A stretch of 64,000 nt of DNA. Source: Malacoraja senta. Its lineage: Eukaryota. The position numbers and the translations under genes were made by a program. Where the stretch lies: positions 434,001 to 498,000 of the forward strand of contig CM075993.1 in NCBI GenBank assembly GCA_038087875.1, in the 5' to 3' direction. The notes under the pieces were generated by a model. It was given only the letters and a program-made list of their open reading frames with translations. It had not been told where the DNA came from and searched no databases. This document shows, piece by piece, positions 38,396-50,957 of the stretch; the first letter of the stretch is position 1, and each line of letters begins with the position of its first letter.

Positions 38396-39484
38396 GCTGC
38401 ACAAGGACCTGTCCTGTAAAACCACGTGGAGTTACGGAGCACAAGTTCTGATATTTTGGAGAATGCTCCATCTGTACAGGAATCACTTTCTTTGCCACTG
38501 TCAAGCTGAGGACTTGTGCCATTGCTTCCTGATCAACCTTGGTGATGGTGATTATTGAAACTATCAATGAAGGCATCCTTGGGACCCTACAGTGACTTTT
38601 TTAAATTCTCTGTGATTCTTCTTTTAATGGAGATATTTCACATGCAACATTTGGACATATTTGCTGATAGGTCAGAAACCTAAAGACTGCCTGCAATTCT
38701 GACTATTTTGATAGGGTGAGTTGTGGATGGAATGAGAGATGAAAAAGATTTTGAAGATATTAACATCAAGCAAATTTGCACTGTTTGAACATTGCCTTCT
38801 CAATGGGGAACGAAGGAAGATGGGAAACATATGCAAACAGTTTTGGGCTGCTGACTACAGACAAGTGCATAAGTAAGGCCATGAATCACCTGTTTGTGGA
38901 GTTTCTTGGCACTGTAAATTTGCTGGTATTTCCAGTAACATGCTGAAAGCACAACTTCTGATTGTACTCCATGGTAAAAGTAAAGGCAGTTTGTATCAAG
39001 GGTTGGAATTAATCATTGCCTTCCATGGCGCAAAAGGTGACCTGCCAGTTTAATGTGCTGGTGACACTCTGCTCAGTCCAGTCTGGGCCAGCTGTTTAGT
39101 TCTGGTGTGGTCCCATGGAGGTTTATTAGAAGACTCCAGTCACCTAATGTTGGTCAGCTCCTAAGTTGCATTACTTACCATCAGGGATCTGAGCAATCCT
39201 GGGTGTGGAATGCAGTTTGAGGAGTGCATGGAAGGGGAAACTGGAAGGTAAGTGGCCTCACAGCTCTATCACTCCACACTTATCATGTTAGTCTATTGAG
39301 CTCAAATGGCATTTAATGTTACAGCTGGGGCTGTTAAGGTGTGTGAGGAAAGGCTCTATAATGCACCATTAGGTGCCCGCTGGAGATATCTGGCAGTGAT
39401 TTCAGTCACCTTGAACATGTTTAACCAGCCTGTTGGATTCAGTGCTTTAGATATCTGTACTGTACATTGTTACAAAATTGTGAA

Positions 39485-39490
39485 AATAAA
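39485..39490 (+). terminator. Candidate TM2D3 polyadenylation signal
   Basis: AATAAA about 1.1 kb downstream of the stop codon, followed by U/GU-rich sequence. Confidence 0.45.
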
Positions 39491-39849
39491 CATCAATATC
39501 AATTATTTGAATCTTGTCATGTAACTTGTATGAAACTTTGTGGCATGTTGGTCACATCTCTTGCTATTCTTTATCGTATATTCCTGAAATAAGTGCATTC
39601 AAATGTTTCCAATATAATCAAAACATTGGTGGGAAAGCACAGCAATGGTGGAGCCAGGCCAGGTTTCAGATTGAGCTTTACATTCATCTGATTAAATGTA
39701 CTCGGTGTTTACCTGCAGTAAGCCAACAGCAGAAAACAGTGGTTGTTAGGGATGAAAAATCATGGCATGGTGACAGCCAATATTACTAGATTCCATTGCT
39801 GCATCACACAACTTAAGTGTCAGATCCAACCAAATAACAGCAGAAGAGA

Positions 39850-41110
39850 TTGCTCCCTGTGCAACCTCTTGGTTCACTCATCCCAATCCACCCAGGTATT
39901 TCCCCCTGCAACCACATAAGATGTAAGACCTGTCCCTATACCTCCCTCACCTCCAGCAACCCTTCCAGATTCGACAGGTTCACATGCAATTCCTCTAACC
40001 TCACCTGCTGTTCCCAATGTGGCCTCCTGTATAGGGAGGTTTCACGGCAGTCGGGTCACGACCCATGACCCGTACTGTTGCTACGCTACGCCAAGTGGAT
40101 TACACGCGATGAACTGCAGGTAAGCACTGACCATTGTTTCCAGCGTAGCGGGCCCGTTAAAACCCGCCAAAATTGTCAAATTTTGCGCTGTAAATAATTA
40201 TGGAAATCGGGATAAGCGTGAGAGACATTTAGCCTACTTCAGAATTCAAAATGTGAGGAGAAAAGACGGTAGATAGAAGCGAGAGCTGAAGGGACAACAG
40301 CCAAAGTGCTTGGCGAACATTGGCCGTTTGCTCACTGCATTTCATCAACGAAGGCATTATTTGTGTTTTTTCTTGATTCCTTTGGCATCTAAAAAGTTTC
40401 AGAAGGGATAAATCTGGCTGTAAAATTTTAAAATCGCCCATGGTTCTCGTGGGTTTTTACATACAAAAACAAAATGCCTCTGAAGCAAAATTTACAACCA
40501 GATTTATCACTTCTGAGACTTTTTAGATACCAAAGGAATCAAGAAAAAAACCAAATAATGCCTTACTGTTGATGAAATGCAGTGAGCAAACGCGATAAAT
40601 CCCAATATTTTCAATTCCGATATCTGCACGGCCAATATTCGCCAAGCACTTTAGCTGTTGTTGTCCCTTCAGCTGTCGCTTCTCTTTACCTTCATTTCGC
40701 TTAACGTTTTGAATTATGAAGTTGGGTACATGTCTCTCACACTTACCCGGACGTCCACAATTTTTTACAGCGAAAAAATGCAACATTTTGGTGGTTTTTA
40801 ACAGGTAGGAAAGTATGCATTTCTAGCATTAATAACATAAACCGGAAGTTACGTATGTCCTCCAGATGGATTGAGCGGCTCCGTGCGTCAAGCCCTATGA
40901 CCCGGTGACCTTACGTGCAACCCCCCTATATTGGCGAGCATAAACCTAGCGACCAAATACTTGCACTGGGTTTGCCAAGGCCCGAATCTCCTAGCGGCTA
41001 ACCATTTGAACTGTTCCTATTCCCACACTGACCTTTCTGCCCTGGGCCTCCATTGCCACAGTGAGGTACACACAAACAGCATCTAATTCCGCTTTAGTAG
41101 CTTACAACCC
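39850..41110 (+). mobile_element. Decayed Penelope GIY-YIG fragment split by the nested transposon
   Basis: Similar to 14580-15020 on both sides of 40033-40927. Confidence 0.65.
40033..40927 (-). mobile_element. Deleted DNA transposon (ISL2EU/Harbinger-like) with a decayed THAP domain, nested in a Penelope fragment
   Basis: TIRs AGGGAGGTTTCACG / CGTGCAACCCCCCT with AT duplication. ORF 40523-40786(-) M.HFFAVKNC...LANIGRADI...RVCSLHF resembles a THAP zinc finger. Removing the element restores CTG TAT ATT GGC GAG (LYIGE). Confidence 0.7.
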
Positions 41111-41813
41111 AACAGTATTTAAAAAATATATAAACCAGCATCTGCAGTTCCTTGTTTCAACAGCAGTAATTGCTTGGCTAAATGGGACACAGAGTGAGTT
41201 TCACTATATTGTACTAACTGTTGGGGATATAATATCACTATGATAACAGTATAAATGAGAAAATCACCAGTTTGCCATATCCAACTAAGCTATTTAACCT
41301 GGCACCTGGTGTGGGACATGAGGGTGTCGGGAGACTATTTTGGAAAAAACACAAGTAATGTTGCTAAAAATCATTTGCTGGTAGTGTAGTGCTAGATATA
41401 CAGGATAGCAATTAACTATTTCATTTGCAAACCAAAGAAAAATCAATAAGCAATCTGAGTGCGGGTGCTGCAGTATAATTCAAGCATTGAACGCAGATCA
41501 GTATTCTAGTGACACAGACTTTTGATCAACAGGAACTAGCAGCCACCTAGCATTTGCATACAAAAGCAGCACCTTCTGGCACAGGGGTCAGGTTAGGGGG
41601 AGAAGGCAGGAGAATGGGGTTAGGAGATAGATCAGCCATGAATGAATGGCAGAGTGGACTTGATGGGCCGAATGGCCTAATTCCACTCTAGAATTAGGAC
41701 CTTCTGGGGAAGGAGATCGTGGGAATGCTTATGAATGTGGCATAAACATTTTGGCAGGAAGGACAATTGTTCAAGTACAATCGACACAGGAGTATAAGGA
41801 TGTTTAATCTGCA

Positions 41814-41819
41814 TTTATT
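41814..41819 (-). terminator. Candidate LARP6 polyadenylation signal
   Basis: TTTATT on + (AATAAA on -), about 400 nt past the LARP6 stop. Confidence 0.45.
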
Positions 41820-42219
41820 CAAATCACAACAATATACACCATCTTTTCATTCAAGTATGAATACCAGCTCAACAATGTCCCTTTCTGCACCGTTACTCAA
41901 CCTAATAACTCCAAGTCTCTCACCACATCCCCCAATTACCAGCTGCACTTTCATAGCATTGTCAGGTTAACAAAAATATTAGCCTTGGGTTCGGATACAG
42001 CCCACTTGTAAACAATAGTTTAAAATAAAAAGGTAGGATATTTCACCCAAAAACATGGAAATAAAAAAAATGCAGTTTACTCCTGCACAGTTACATGAAA
42101 TACCAACTCAACATAGGATACGTTTAAATCACACTATATTTGGTTTTACTGAAATAATTTCAATTTACCAAGTACAAATCCAGCATTACTCTGAGGGTAG
42201 CTAGGGTAGGTTACAAGAC

Positions 42220-45200
42220 TCAGATTACAAGCGGCTTGCTCCTCTCTACAGGTGTTTGGAATCCTTTAGTGCCGTCTGGTCCTCTGGGCATACGTACTAC
42301 TCCTGCAGGCAGCCCGCCTGCACTGTGCATCTTTCTAGAAAGCATGGGGCTGCCAACTGGAGTATTCTCATGGGATACCCCCTGCGCTTGCTTCCGTCTC
42401 TGTACCCAGGGGCTGCCGGACGGTGTGTTGCTGCTGTCCGATGAATAGTCCGTCCACTTACTTGCAACCTCAGCATTTGCAGGAGCTCCAAGCTTAGCAT
42501 CTGCAGTGAGCGGAGATTTGTGCGCAGCCGTATCTTTCCGTTGCATCGATGGGCTGGAACGCGGACTGTTCCACGGACTAGCTCGGGGAGAAGTGTTAGG
42601 ACTCAGGTGATTGTTTTTATAGGTGTTGGGGCTCAGCTGATTAATGGGTTTGGGTTTGCGGCCAAGCATAGGAGATGCAGGGTTGCTCTCTGGTTCAGAA
42701 GAGCTGCATGCTGAGGAATCTTCATATATATACTGCAACTCCTCCACTCGCTTATTGCTTGATTTGCTTTTCATCTCATTCTTGCCAACATCTTCAGCCT
42801 CTTTGTTCTTCTCTCTGACAACTTTCTTCTTTGGTGGTTTCATCTCTATTAGCACCACTTTCATTCCCCCTTCATCGTTTTTCCAAGTGATTCATGTGCC
42901 TTGATTGCAGATTCAACATTTTTCATACTCTACAATTACACAGTCCTTTGTTCCCAACTGTGAATAGCGATTGCCCAGTCTTTTCACATCTGCAGGGAGC
43001 TCCTTCCCTGGCTTTATAACACGAACAGAGATGACTGGACCAAACACACCAAATGCCTTCAGTACGTACTCCATTATCCTTTCTTGCAAGCCAGCATTTT
43101 CACATTCTAGATTATCATTTAAAACCTGGAGTTCTGGACACAGAAGCATATCATATACCAGCAGTATCTGACTTGGAAGATGCTCACTTGGGAAAACTGG
43201 AACGGCTGTCTTCCGTCTCACTTTTTTCCCTTCATCATTTAGTTTCCAAAAGGTCAGAGTACTTCAGAGCAAAGGCAGTGTTTGCCAGTCACGAGTGAGG
43301 TGTTTTACCTAGAACAAAAGATTCCATTTTATCCATGCCTATTCAACAGGAATGAACACCTGGACGATTCACTTAATTATAGTAATGAAATATCAAAGCA
43401 GTTAAACCATTGCAGAGGGAATAGACAGACGATGCTTCGGCTGGGACCTTTCTTTAGATTGAAGGAGGGTTGAGAATGCTGATAAAGAGAGATGGGGAGG
43501 GGGCGAGGCATTGCAAGTGATAAGTGGAAACAGACCTCCGCTCTGTTCGCAAAATCCAACCTGATCTCCTGGTGGCTCAGCACTTCAACTCCCCCTCCCA
43601 TTCCGAATCCGACCTTTCTGTCCTGGGCCTCCTCCATGGCCAGAGTGAGGCCCACCGTAAATTGGAGGAGTAGCACCTCATATTTCGCTTGGGCAGTTTA
43701 CACCCCAGCGGTATGATCATTGACTTCTCCAATTTCAGGTAGTCCCTGCTTTCTTCTTCCCAGCTCTCCCCCAGCCCACTGTCTCCGCCCCTTCCTTTCT
43801 TCTTCCCGCCCCCCCCCCCCCTCACATCAGTCTGAAGAAGGGTCTCGGCCCGAAACGTCGCCTATTTCCTTCGCTCCAATAGATGCTGCCTCACCCGCTG
43901 AGATTCTCCAGTATTTCTGTCTACGGTGGATACAGACGAGAGGTTTGATGGGCAGATGAGTGGAATAACTTAAAAAGGCTGGAGGTGAAGAGGAGACTAT
44001 CAGATAATAAGAAAGAAATGTATAGCTGGGAGGGATGTGGGGTGCACAGGGATGGGCGGCGGCCTAATGCAAGGCCTCTTTCCCATACTGTATCTGTAAA
44101 CTAATTTAGGCTATCTAGACTACTGAGCCTGTCCTGCCATTATCAAGATCGAGGCTGATCACCTTCCTCAGCTTCACTTTACAATCCACATCCCTCAGTC
44201 CCCTATTATCCAGAAATCAATCATTGTCATTGGAAAGAATATAGCCTGAGGATTCCACTGATTCACTATCCTTTAAGGTGCACTTTTTTGATAAACTGTG
44301 CTCCCCGATCTCGGACTCCTAAGCCGTCTGATGTCAAGCCCAGGAGCCCTTTAACTATTTTGTTTAGATCTGCTCTCATCATTGTAAATTTGAGATTATA
44401 ATCCACTCACCCTATTCTACGGCAAACATCCCACTTTTGGAATAGTCTAGTGAACCTTCACTAGAATTCCACTATGGCAACTATTTTCATTCTTAGGTGA
44501 GACAAAAACTAGTAAATATGGCGTCACCAAGAACGTATAGAACTGAACTGATTTTTTTCTGTATTCAAATCCTCCAAATACTGTACTACATTCCTTTTGA
44601 ATGACTCGCTGCACCGGCTCGATGTTCAGTTACTTGTGCAAGAGCAAACTTCAGTCTCTTTGAACATCCACACTGCCCAGTTCCTTACAATTTAAAACTT
44701 TCTCCAGTCTGTTTGAGCATTAAAATGGCGACCGCACATTATATTCCATCTGCCATGTTCTTGCCCACTCACCCAGATTGTTTGTATCATCTTGACCCTC
44801 TGTCTTCATTGCTCGATCTCACCTTGTTTAGTGTTGGATGTGAATGATTTGGATGTGGTCAAACTAGGTGCCTATGTGGCTGTTGGATGAAATGAGGGCT
44901 TTATTCTGTTTGAATACATGGTAGTGATAACATTAAATGGTTTGCTGGCCCATTGCAATGGAACACAATAGTTAGTCTAGGGGCTAGTTCAGGGCAAGGA
45001 GAATTAATTTCCTTCCTGAGGGCATTCATGAACCAGATGGGATTTTATAGCTATCATAGTGGTCATCAGACCAAGAACAGTTGTCCCTCCAAATTCTTCC
45101 TTAAATGCCAGTGGCATTATTCATTCATTGAATACATACTAGCAAAACAGTGTTGGATTAACTCAGCAGGTCGGGCAGCACCTGGTGAGGGAATGGACAG

Positions 45201-46301
45201 GTGACATTTCTGGACAGACCCTTCTTCAGGCTGATGGAGATGGGGGAGAAAGCCCCGACAAGTAATAGGTGAATACACATGAGGGGGGGGGGGGTATTGG
45301 CAGATGGGTGGATTATTAGTTTTGAAATGCAAGTACTATACCACAATAATCAACTATAGTTGAAAGTAGATGATTGGGACTTCAACGTTCTTTATCTATG
45401 TAATAATTCCCCATCATCTGACTTTGAGCAACCCAGCAAGTACAATAAGTCAGTGAGGGATCCATTCTACTAACTTATTGGTGTTAGTCTAAAGCTTCAA
45501 ATTAGCCACCGCCACTACGACACAAGACACGCCAAGTGTTGGTTTACAACAAAAAGAGAACATGGCTGGGTGACATTTCGGGTCGGGACTGTTTGGGGGG
45601 TAGGGAGCTGGAAGAGAGGAGGGCAGGGCAAAGCGTGGCAATAATATTAAGAAGGGTCTCGACCCGAAACGTCACCCATTCCTTTTCTCCAGAGATGCTG
45701 CCTGTCCCGCTGAGTTACTCCAGCATTTTGTGTCTATCCTCGGTTTAAACCAGCATCTGCAGTTCCTTCTTGCGCAATAATATTAATGTTACCTTTTTGA
45801 AAGAAGTCAGCAGTTTAACACTGACATAGCCCATCTTATTTCTTCTCACGTGTTTTAGTAGAAATGCATCGTTTTCCAGGTAGACATCAGACAGATAATA
45901 TTCAATCTGGGCAACAAGTTTCTGCACCAGCTCACTGTCCGGTGGCGCCCACTCCACCGCCAGATCATCTTCTCCACCGCTGCAACAGACAGACAGGGAG
46001 CGGATTAACGGAGCTCCGACCCCCGCCCCTCGCCCGCTCCCTCCCTCCCTCCATCCCTCCATCTCTCCCTCCCTCCCTCCCTCCATCCCTCCCTCCATCC
46101 CTCCATCTCCCCGCGGCCTCGGTACCTGTTTATCCCGGGCCCGGGAGCTGCCTCTTCGTCCGTGCCACTGCCCACGCTGCCGCCCTCCGGCCGCGCCGCC
46201 GGCTCCTCCTCGGCCGCCGCCACTTGGATGCGGACAAGCGGCGCGGCCTCCCCGGCCGGTACGGTCAGCGCCCCGGTGTCGCCGAGCGTTCCCCCCTCCA
46301 T
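42220..46301 (-). CDS. LARP6: La-related protein 6, 3 exons; exon 3 is disrupted in this sequence by four 1-nt indels (pseudogene or assembly error)
   Basis: Exons 46301-46126, 45979-45793, 43308-42220. La motif (QIEYYLSD..LENDAFLLKHVRRNKMGYVSVKLLTSFKK|VKHLTRDW), RRM (FGVFGPVISVRVIKPGKELPADVK) and C-terminal LSA motif (GVVRMPRGPDGTKGF). In-frame TGA codons at 43264-43266, 42913-42915 and 42892-42894 lie inside two short frameshifted segments. An alternative in-frame ATG is at 46505. Confidence 0.9.
43555..43925 (+). mobile_element. Penelope-like 3' fragment in LARP6 intron 2
   Basis: Nucleotide similarity to 14870-15250; hammerhead-like core at 43832-43859. Confidence 0.8.
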
Positions 46302-46559
46302 GGTCAGCGGCGAGCACGGGCCCCCGCCCCCGCCCCGAGGCCGAGCTTGGGCCGGAGGAGGAGCGCAGGGCGGGGCCGGGGGTAGGCCGGGCCTACGAGT
46401 CGGCGGGAGGAGCCTGTGGTCCCGGGCGGGCGCCAGGGACTCCCGGAGTGCCGGGGGCGCCAGGAAGGCGGCCCAGCGCAGCAGCGCGTCCTGCAGGTTG
46501 TACATGGGAGGCGGTGGGGCCCGGTCGCCATCCCCGGCCGCTTATCAACAGACCGCCTC

Positions 46560-47880
46560 CCAATCAACCCGGCCCAACCCCAGCCTCATCCAGTCCAATC
46601 CCCAGCCTCATCCAGTCCAACCGCCAGCCCCATCAAACCCAACCTCCAACCCCCAGCCCCATCAAACCCAACCTCCAACCCCCAGCCCCATCCAGTCCAA
46701 CCCACAACCCCATCCAACCCCCAGCCCCATCAAACCCAACCTCCAACCCCCATCCTCATCCAGTCCAACCCACAACCCCATCCAACCCCCAGCCCCATCA
46801 AACCCAACCTCCAACCCACAGCCCCATCCAGTCCAACCCACAACCCCATCCAACCCCCAACCCTCAGCCCCATCCAGTCCAACCCCCAGCCCCATCAAAC
46901 CCAACCTCCAACCCCCATCCTCATCCAGTCCAACCCACAACCCCATCCAACCCCCAGCCCCATCAAACCCAACCTCCAACCCCCATCCTCATCCAGTCCA
47001 ACCCCCAGCCCCATCCAGTCCAACCCACAACCCCATCCAACCCCCAACCCCATCCAACCCCCAGCCCCATCAAACCCAACCTCCAACCCCCATCCTCATC
47101 CAGTCCAAACCCAGCCCCAGCCAGTCCAACTCTCCCAGCCCCCAGCCCCATCAAACCCAACCCCCAGCCCCATCCAACCCCCAACCCCCAGCCTCATCAA
47201 ACCCAACCCCCAGCCTCATCCAGTCCAACCCCTAGCCCCATCCAGTCCAACTCTCCCAGCCCAGCCCAGCCCCATCAAACCCAACCCCCAGCCCCATCCA
47301 GTCCAACTCTCCCAGCCCAGCCCCCAGCCCCATCAAACCCAACCCACAGCCCCATCCAACCCCCAGCCTCATCAAACCCAACCCCCGGCCCCATCCAACC
47401 CCCAGCCTCATCCAGTCCAACCCCAACCCCATCCAACCCCCAGCCTCATCCAGTCCAACCCCCAGCCCCATCCAACCCCCAGCCTCATCCAGTCCAACCC
47501 CCAGCCCCATCCAGTCCAACTCTCTCAGCCCAGGCCCCAGCCTCATCAAACCCAACCCCCAGCCCCATCCAAACCCCAGCCCCATCCAGTCCAACCCCCA
47601 GCCTCATCCAGTCCAACCCCAGCCTCATCCAGTCCAACCCCCAGCCCCATCCAACCCCCAGCCTCATCCAGTCCAACCCCCAGCCCCAGCCTCATCCAGT
47701 CCAACCCCCAACCCCATCCAACCCCCAGCCTCATCAAACCCAACCCCCAGCCCCATCCAACATCCAGTCCAACCCCCAGCCCCATCCAGCCCAGCCCCCT
47801 GTCCAATCAAACCCAACCCTGGCCCAACCCCCAGCCCTAGCCCAATCCAACCCAGCCCATCCAATCCCCGCCCCAATTTC
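46560..47880. repeat. C/A-rich modular minisatellite, about 1.3 kb, upstream of LARP6
   Basis: Shuffled modules CCCCAGCCCCATCAAACCCAACCTCCAA, CCCCAGCCTCATCCAGTCCAA and CCCACAACCCCATCCAA. Confidence 0.95.
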
Positions 47881-47955
47881 ATTGGAGAGGAAGAGTGTCT
47901 AAATGCCTCTTAAATGTTATTATTGCAGCTGATTCCAGCAGGTCTCTGGCAGCAC

Positions 47956-47980
47956 CAAAGGTCCTATAGCAGGATCTTTG
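47956..47980. mobile_element. 25-bp remnant of the same family with 8-bp TSD GGCAGCAC
   Basis: ggcagcac|caaaggtcctatagcaggatctttg|ggcagcac. Confidence 0.75.
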
Positions 47981-49341
47981 GGCAGCACGTTCCAGATATC
48001 AACCACTCGGGTCCTAAACACTCTGCCCTCAGTTCTTATTTAAAACTCCTTATATTCACCTTAAACCTATGCCTACCATTGGAAGTTTGACTTTCTATTC
48101 TCCGCATCCCAAAATATTGTGTACTTCTGTCAGCTCACTCTCGACCTCCTTCACTTCAAGGAAAATAGCTTATCCAATCTTTTCTCGTAACTCAAATCCT
48201 GGTCAATCTCCTCGATACATCTGCAGCGCAATCATATCCTTCCAGATGTGTGGTGACCAGAACTACGCACATATTTGCCAGAGCTTTGCCCACACATTCG
48301 TTTCATTGCTTCCTCATATCCTCTCCAAAATTTACTTTCCTTCATAAGTCCATGTGATAGGAGCATAATTAGACCATTCGGTCCATCAAGTCTACTTTGC
48401 CATTCAATCATGGCTGACCTATCTCTTCCTCTCAACCCCATTCTCCTGCTATATCCCCATAACCCCTTCCTATGGTACTTGGTATGGTACTTTATTTCTG
48501 TATGGTACTTTATCTATTTCTGTATCATCAGCAAATTTAACAACCATATCTTCAGTGACTGCATCCGAATCATTGATATGATTATAAAATGTCGAAGCCC
48601 CTGTACCAGTCAGTGGCACAGCATTCCTCAATCCTGCCATCCACGTATGCCTATTCACCAGCCATCCTTCATCCACACTATGTGTAGGAAGGAACTGCAG
48701 ATGTTGAAACCGAAGATAGTCACAATCCCTTCAATGGGGTACCTTTTCCAATGTCTTGGGAAATCTAATTTATCCTTTCCTTCTAATTCCTTATGCCTGG
48801 CTGAGATATTAATTTATCCTTTCTATTGAAGACCAAGGCAAAATATGTCTTATTAATTTACCATATCTATGGTTTCCATTACTAATTCTCCACTTGCTTT
48901 CTAAAGTACCAACATTTATTTTGTTAACCCTCATTTTATAACATCTTTAGACGCTCCTATTTGTTTTTATATTTCTAGTTTGTTTAATTTCATACTTTAT
49001 TTTCCTTCCTTAGTTATTGGTTTTAATGTTTTTTAGATAATGCCAAATCTTCTGATCTACTTGGCTTTGCACGTACGTTTATCTTAGGCTTGCTGCTATA
49101 TTTCAAGTTCAAGAATCAAGAATCAAGTTTCCTTTATTGTCATTCAGACCTTTCGGTCTGAACGAAATTGTGATGCCTGCAGTCATACACAGAACCAATA
49201 ATAACAAAACATACAATAAACACAAATTAAACATCCACCACAGTGAGTTCACCAAGCACACCCTCACTGTCATGGAGGCAAAGTCTTCGTCTCCGTCTCT
49301 TCCCTCCTTGTCTATATTTCTCAATGGAATGTGCAAGTAAT

Positions 49342-50957
49342 CCAGTCAAGTCAAGTGAGTTTATTGTCATGTGTCCCTGGTAGGACAATGAAATTCTTGC
49401 TTTGCATGAGCACAACAGAACATAGTAGGCATTTACTACAAGGCATTCTATAAATATATACACAATGGTCAATATACTGATAAAGTGCAAATAACAGTAT
49501 TGGCTAGTAAAGTTCAGTGTTATGTCCGAGCCAGGTTTAATAGCCTGATGGCTGTGGGGAAGTAGCTGTTCCTGAACCTGGTCGTTGCAGTCTTCAGGCT
49601 CCTGTACCTTCTACCTGAAGGTAGTAGGGAGATGAGTGTGTGGCCAGGATGGTGTGGGTCCTTGATGATGCTGCCAGCCTTTTTGAGGCAGCGACTGTGG
49701 TAGATCCCCTCGATGGAAGGGAGGTCAGAGCCGATGATGGACTGGGCAGTGTTTACTACTTTTTGTAGTCTTTTCCTCTCCAGGGCACTCAAGTTGCCGA
49801 ACCAAGCCACGATGCAACCGGTCAGCATGCTCTGTGTTCTGTTTCACAGAGACAAGGCTCACCCCCAGCTCCCCAGATTCAGCGGTCCAGCCTGAAGGTT
49901 TCTCCATCCATCGTATGGACCGTACACTGGCATCTGGGAAAGGGAGAGGAGGGGGCGTCTACCTCATGGTCAACTCTGCGTGGTGCTCAGACGTGGCAGT
50001 CCTGTCCAACTCCTGCTCTCCACACCTCGAACATCTGGCGGTGAAGTGTCGTCCCTTCTACCTTCCGAGGGAATTCACCTCCATCATCCTGACCGCGGTC
50101 TACATCCCACCCCAGGCAGACGTCCGTCTGGCACTGGGGGAGCTGCACGCCGTGGTCAACAAACACCAGACGTCTTACCCCGAGGCGTTCACCACCATAG
50201 CCGGGGACTTCAATAAGGCAAACCTAAAGAAATCACTCCCTAACTTCCACCAACATGTCTCCTGCTGCACCAGAGGATCAAACACCCTCGACCACTGCTA
50301 CACCACCATCAAGAATGCCTATCGCTCTATCCCTCGCCCTCACTTCGGTAAATCCGACCATACCGCGGTGCTGCTTCTTCCTGCCTACAGGCAGCAATTA
50401 AAGAGCGCACCCCCAGAGGTGAGGACAGTACAGAGCTGGTCGGGGGGGGGGGGGGGGGGCAGAGGAACAACTCCAGGACTGTTTGGAGTCTGTAGACTGG
50501 GCAATGTTCAAGGACTCGGCAACGGACCTGAACGAATACGCCACAGTCGTTACAGACTTCATTAAGAAGTGTGTGGAGGACTGCATCCCCACCAAAACCT
50601 TCCGAGCGTTTCCCAATCAGAAACCTTGGATGAACTTTGAGATCCGCACTCTTCTGAAGTCCAGACACCGGGCATTCATGTCTGATGATACAGTGGCCTA
50701 CAAGGAGTCCAGATACGACCTTGGTAAGGCCATCAAAAAGGCCAAAAGGGACTTCTGCTCCAAACTGGAGGAAGAGACTGATGTTCGGCGGCTGTGGCAG
50801 GGCCTGAATGCAATCACCTCTTACAAGGCGAAATCAGGAGGCAGCTCGAATGTCGGCGAAACATCACTCCCTGATGAGCTCAATGCGTTTTACGCACGCT
50901 TTGATAGGGAGAACACCGATGTGCCTTGCCGAGCCCCCATTTGCTGTGATGGTATTT
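49342..50957. mobile_element. Rex1/Babar-type LINE with 5' inversion (3' end on -, APE endonuclease on +), 8-bp TSD CAAGTAAT
   Basis: 49520-49828(-) encodes the post-RT C-terminus (LLPSGRRYRSLK...RNSYFP). 49834-50957(+) encodes APE motifs (CFTET, GGGV, AGDFN, LDHCY, SDH), with a frameshift in the poly-G at about 50442-50460. TSD at 49334-49341 and 50958-50965. Confidence 0.85.

Noticed and set aside
40523-40786. THAP10 ortholog
   Set aside because: It lies inside TIR-bounded transposon sequence, lacks the first Cys, and is on the wrong side of LARP6.
42892-43266. Selenocysteine or readthrough reading of the three in-frame TGA codons in LARP6
   Set aside because: The TGAs fall inside frameshifted windows whose alternative frame matches LARP6; they do not align to Cys positions.
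46162-47902. Long Pro/Gln/Ser-rich ORFs (357-484 aa) on + and Gly/Trp-rich ORFs on -
   Set aside because: They are translations of the minisatellite, open in several frames because the units lack stop codons.
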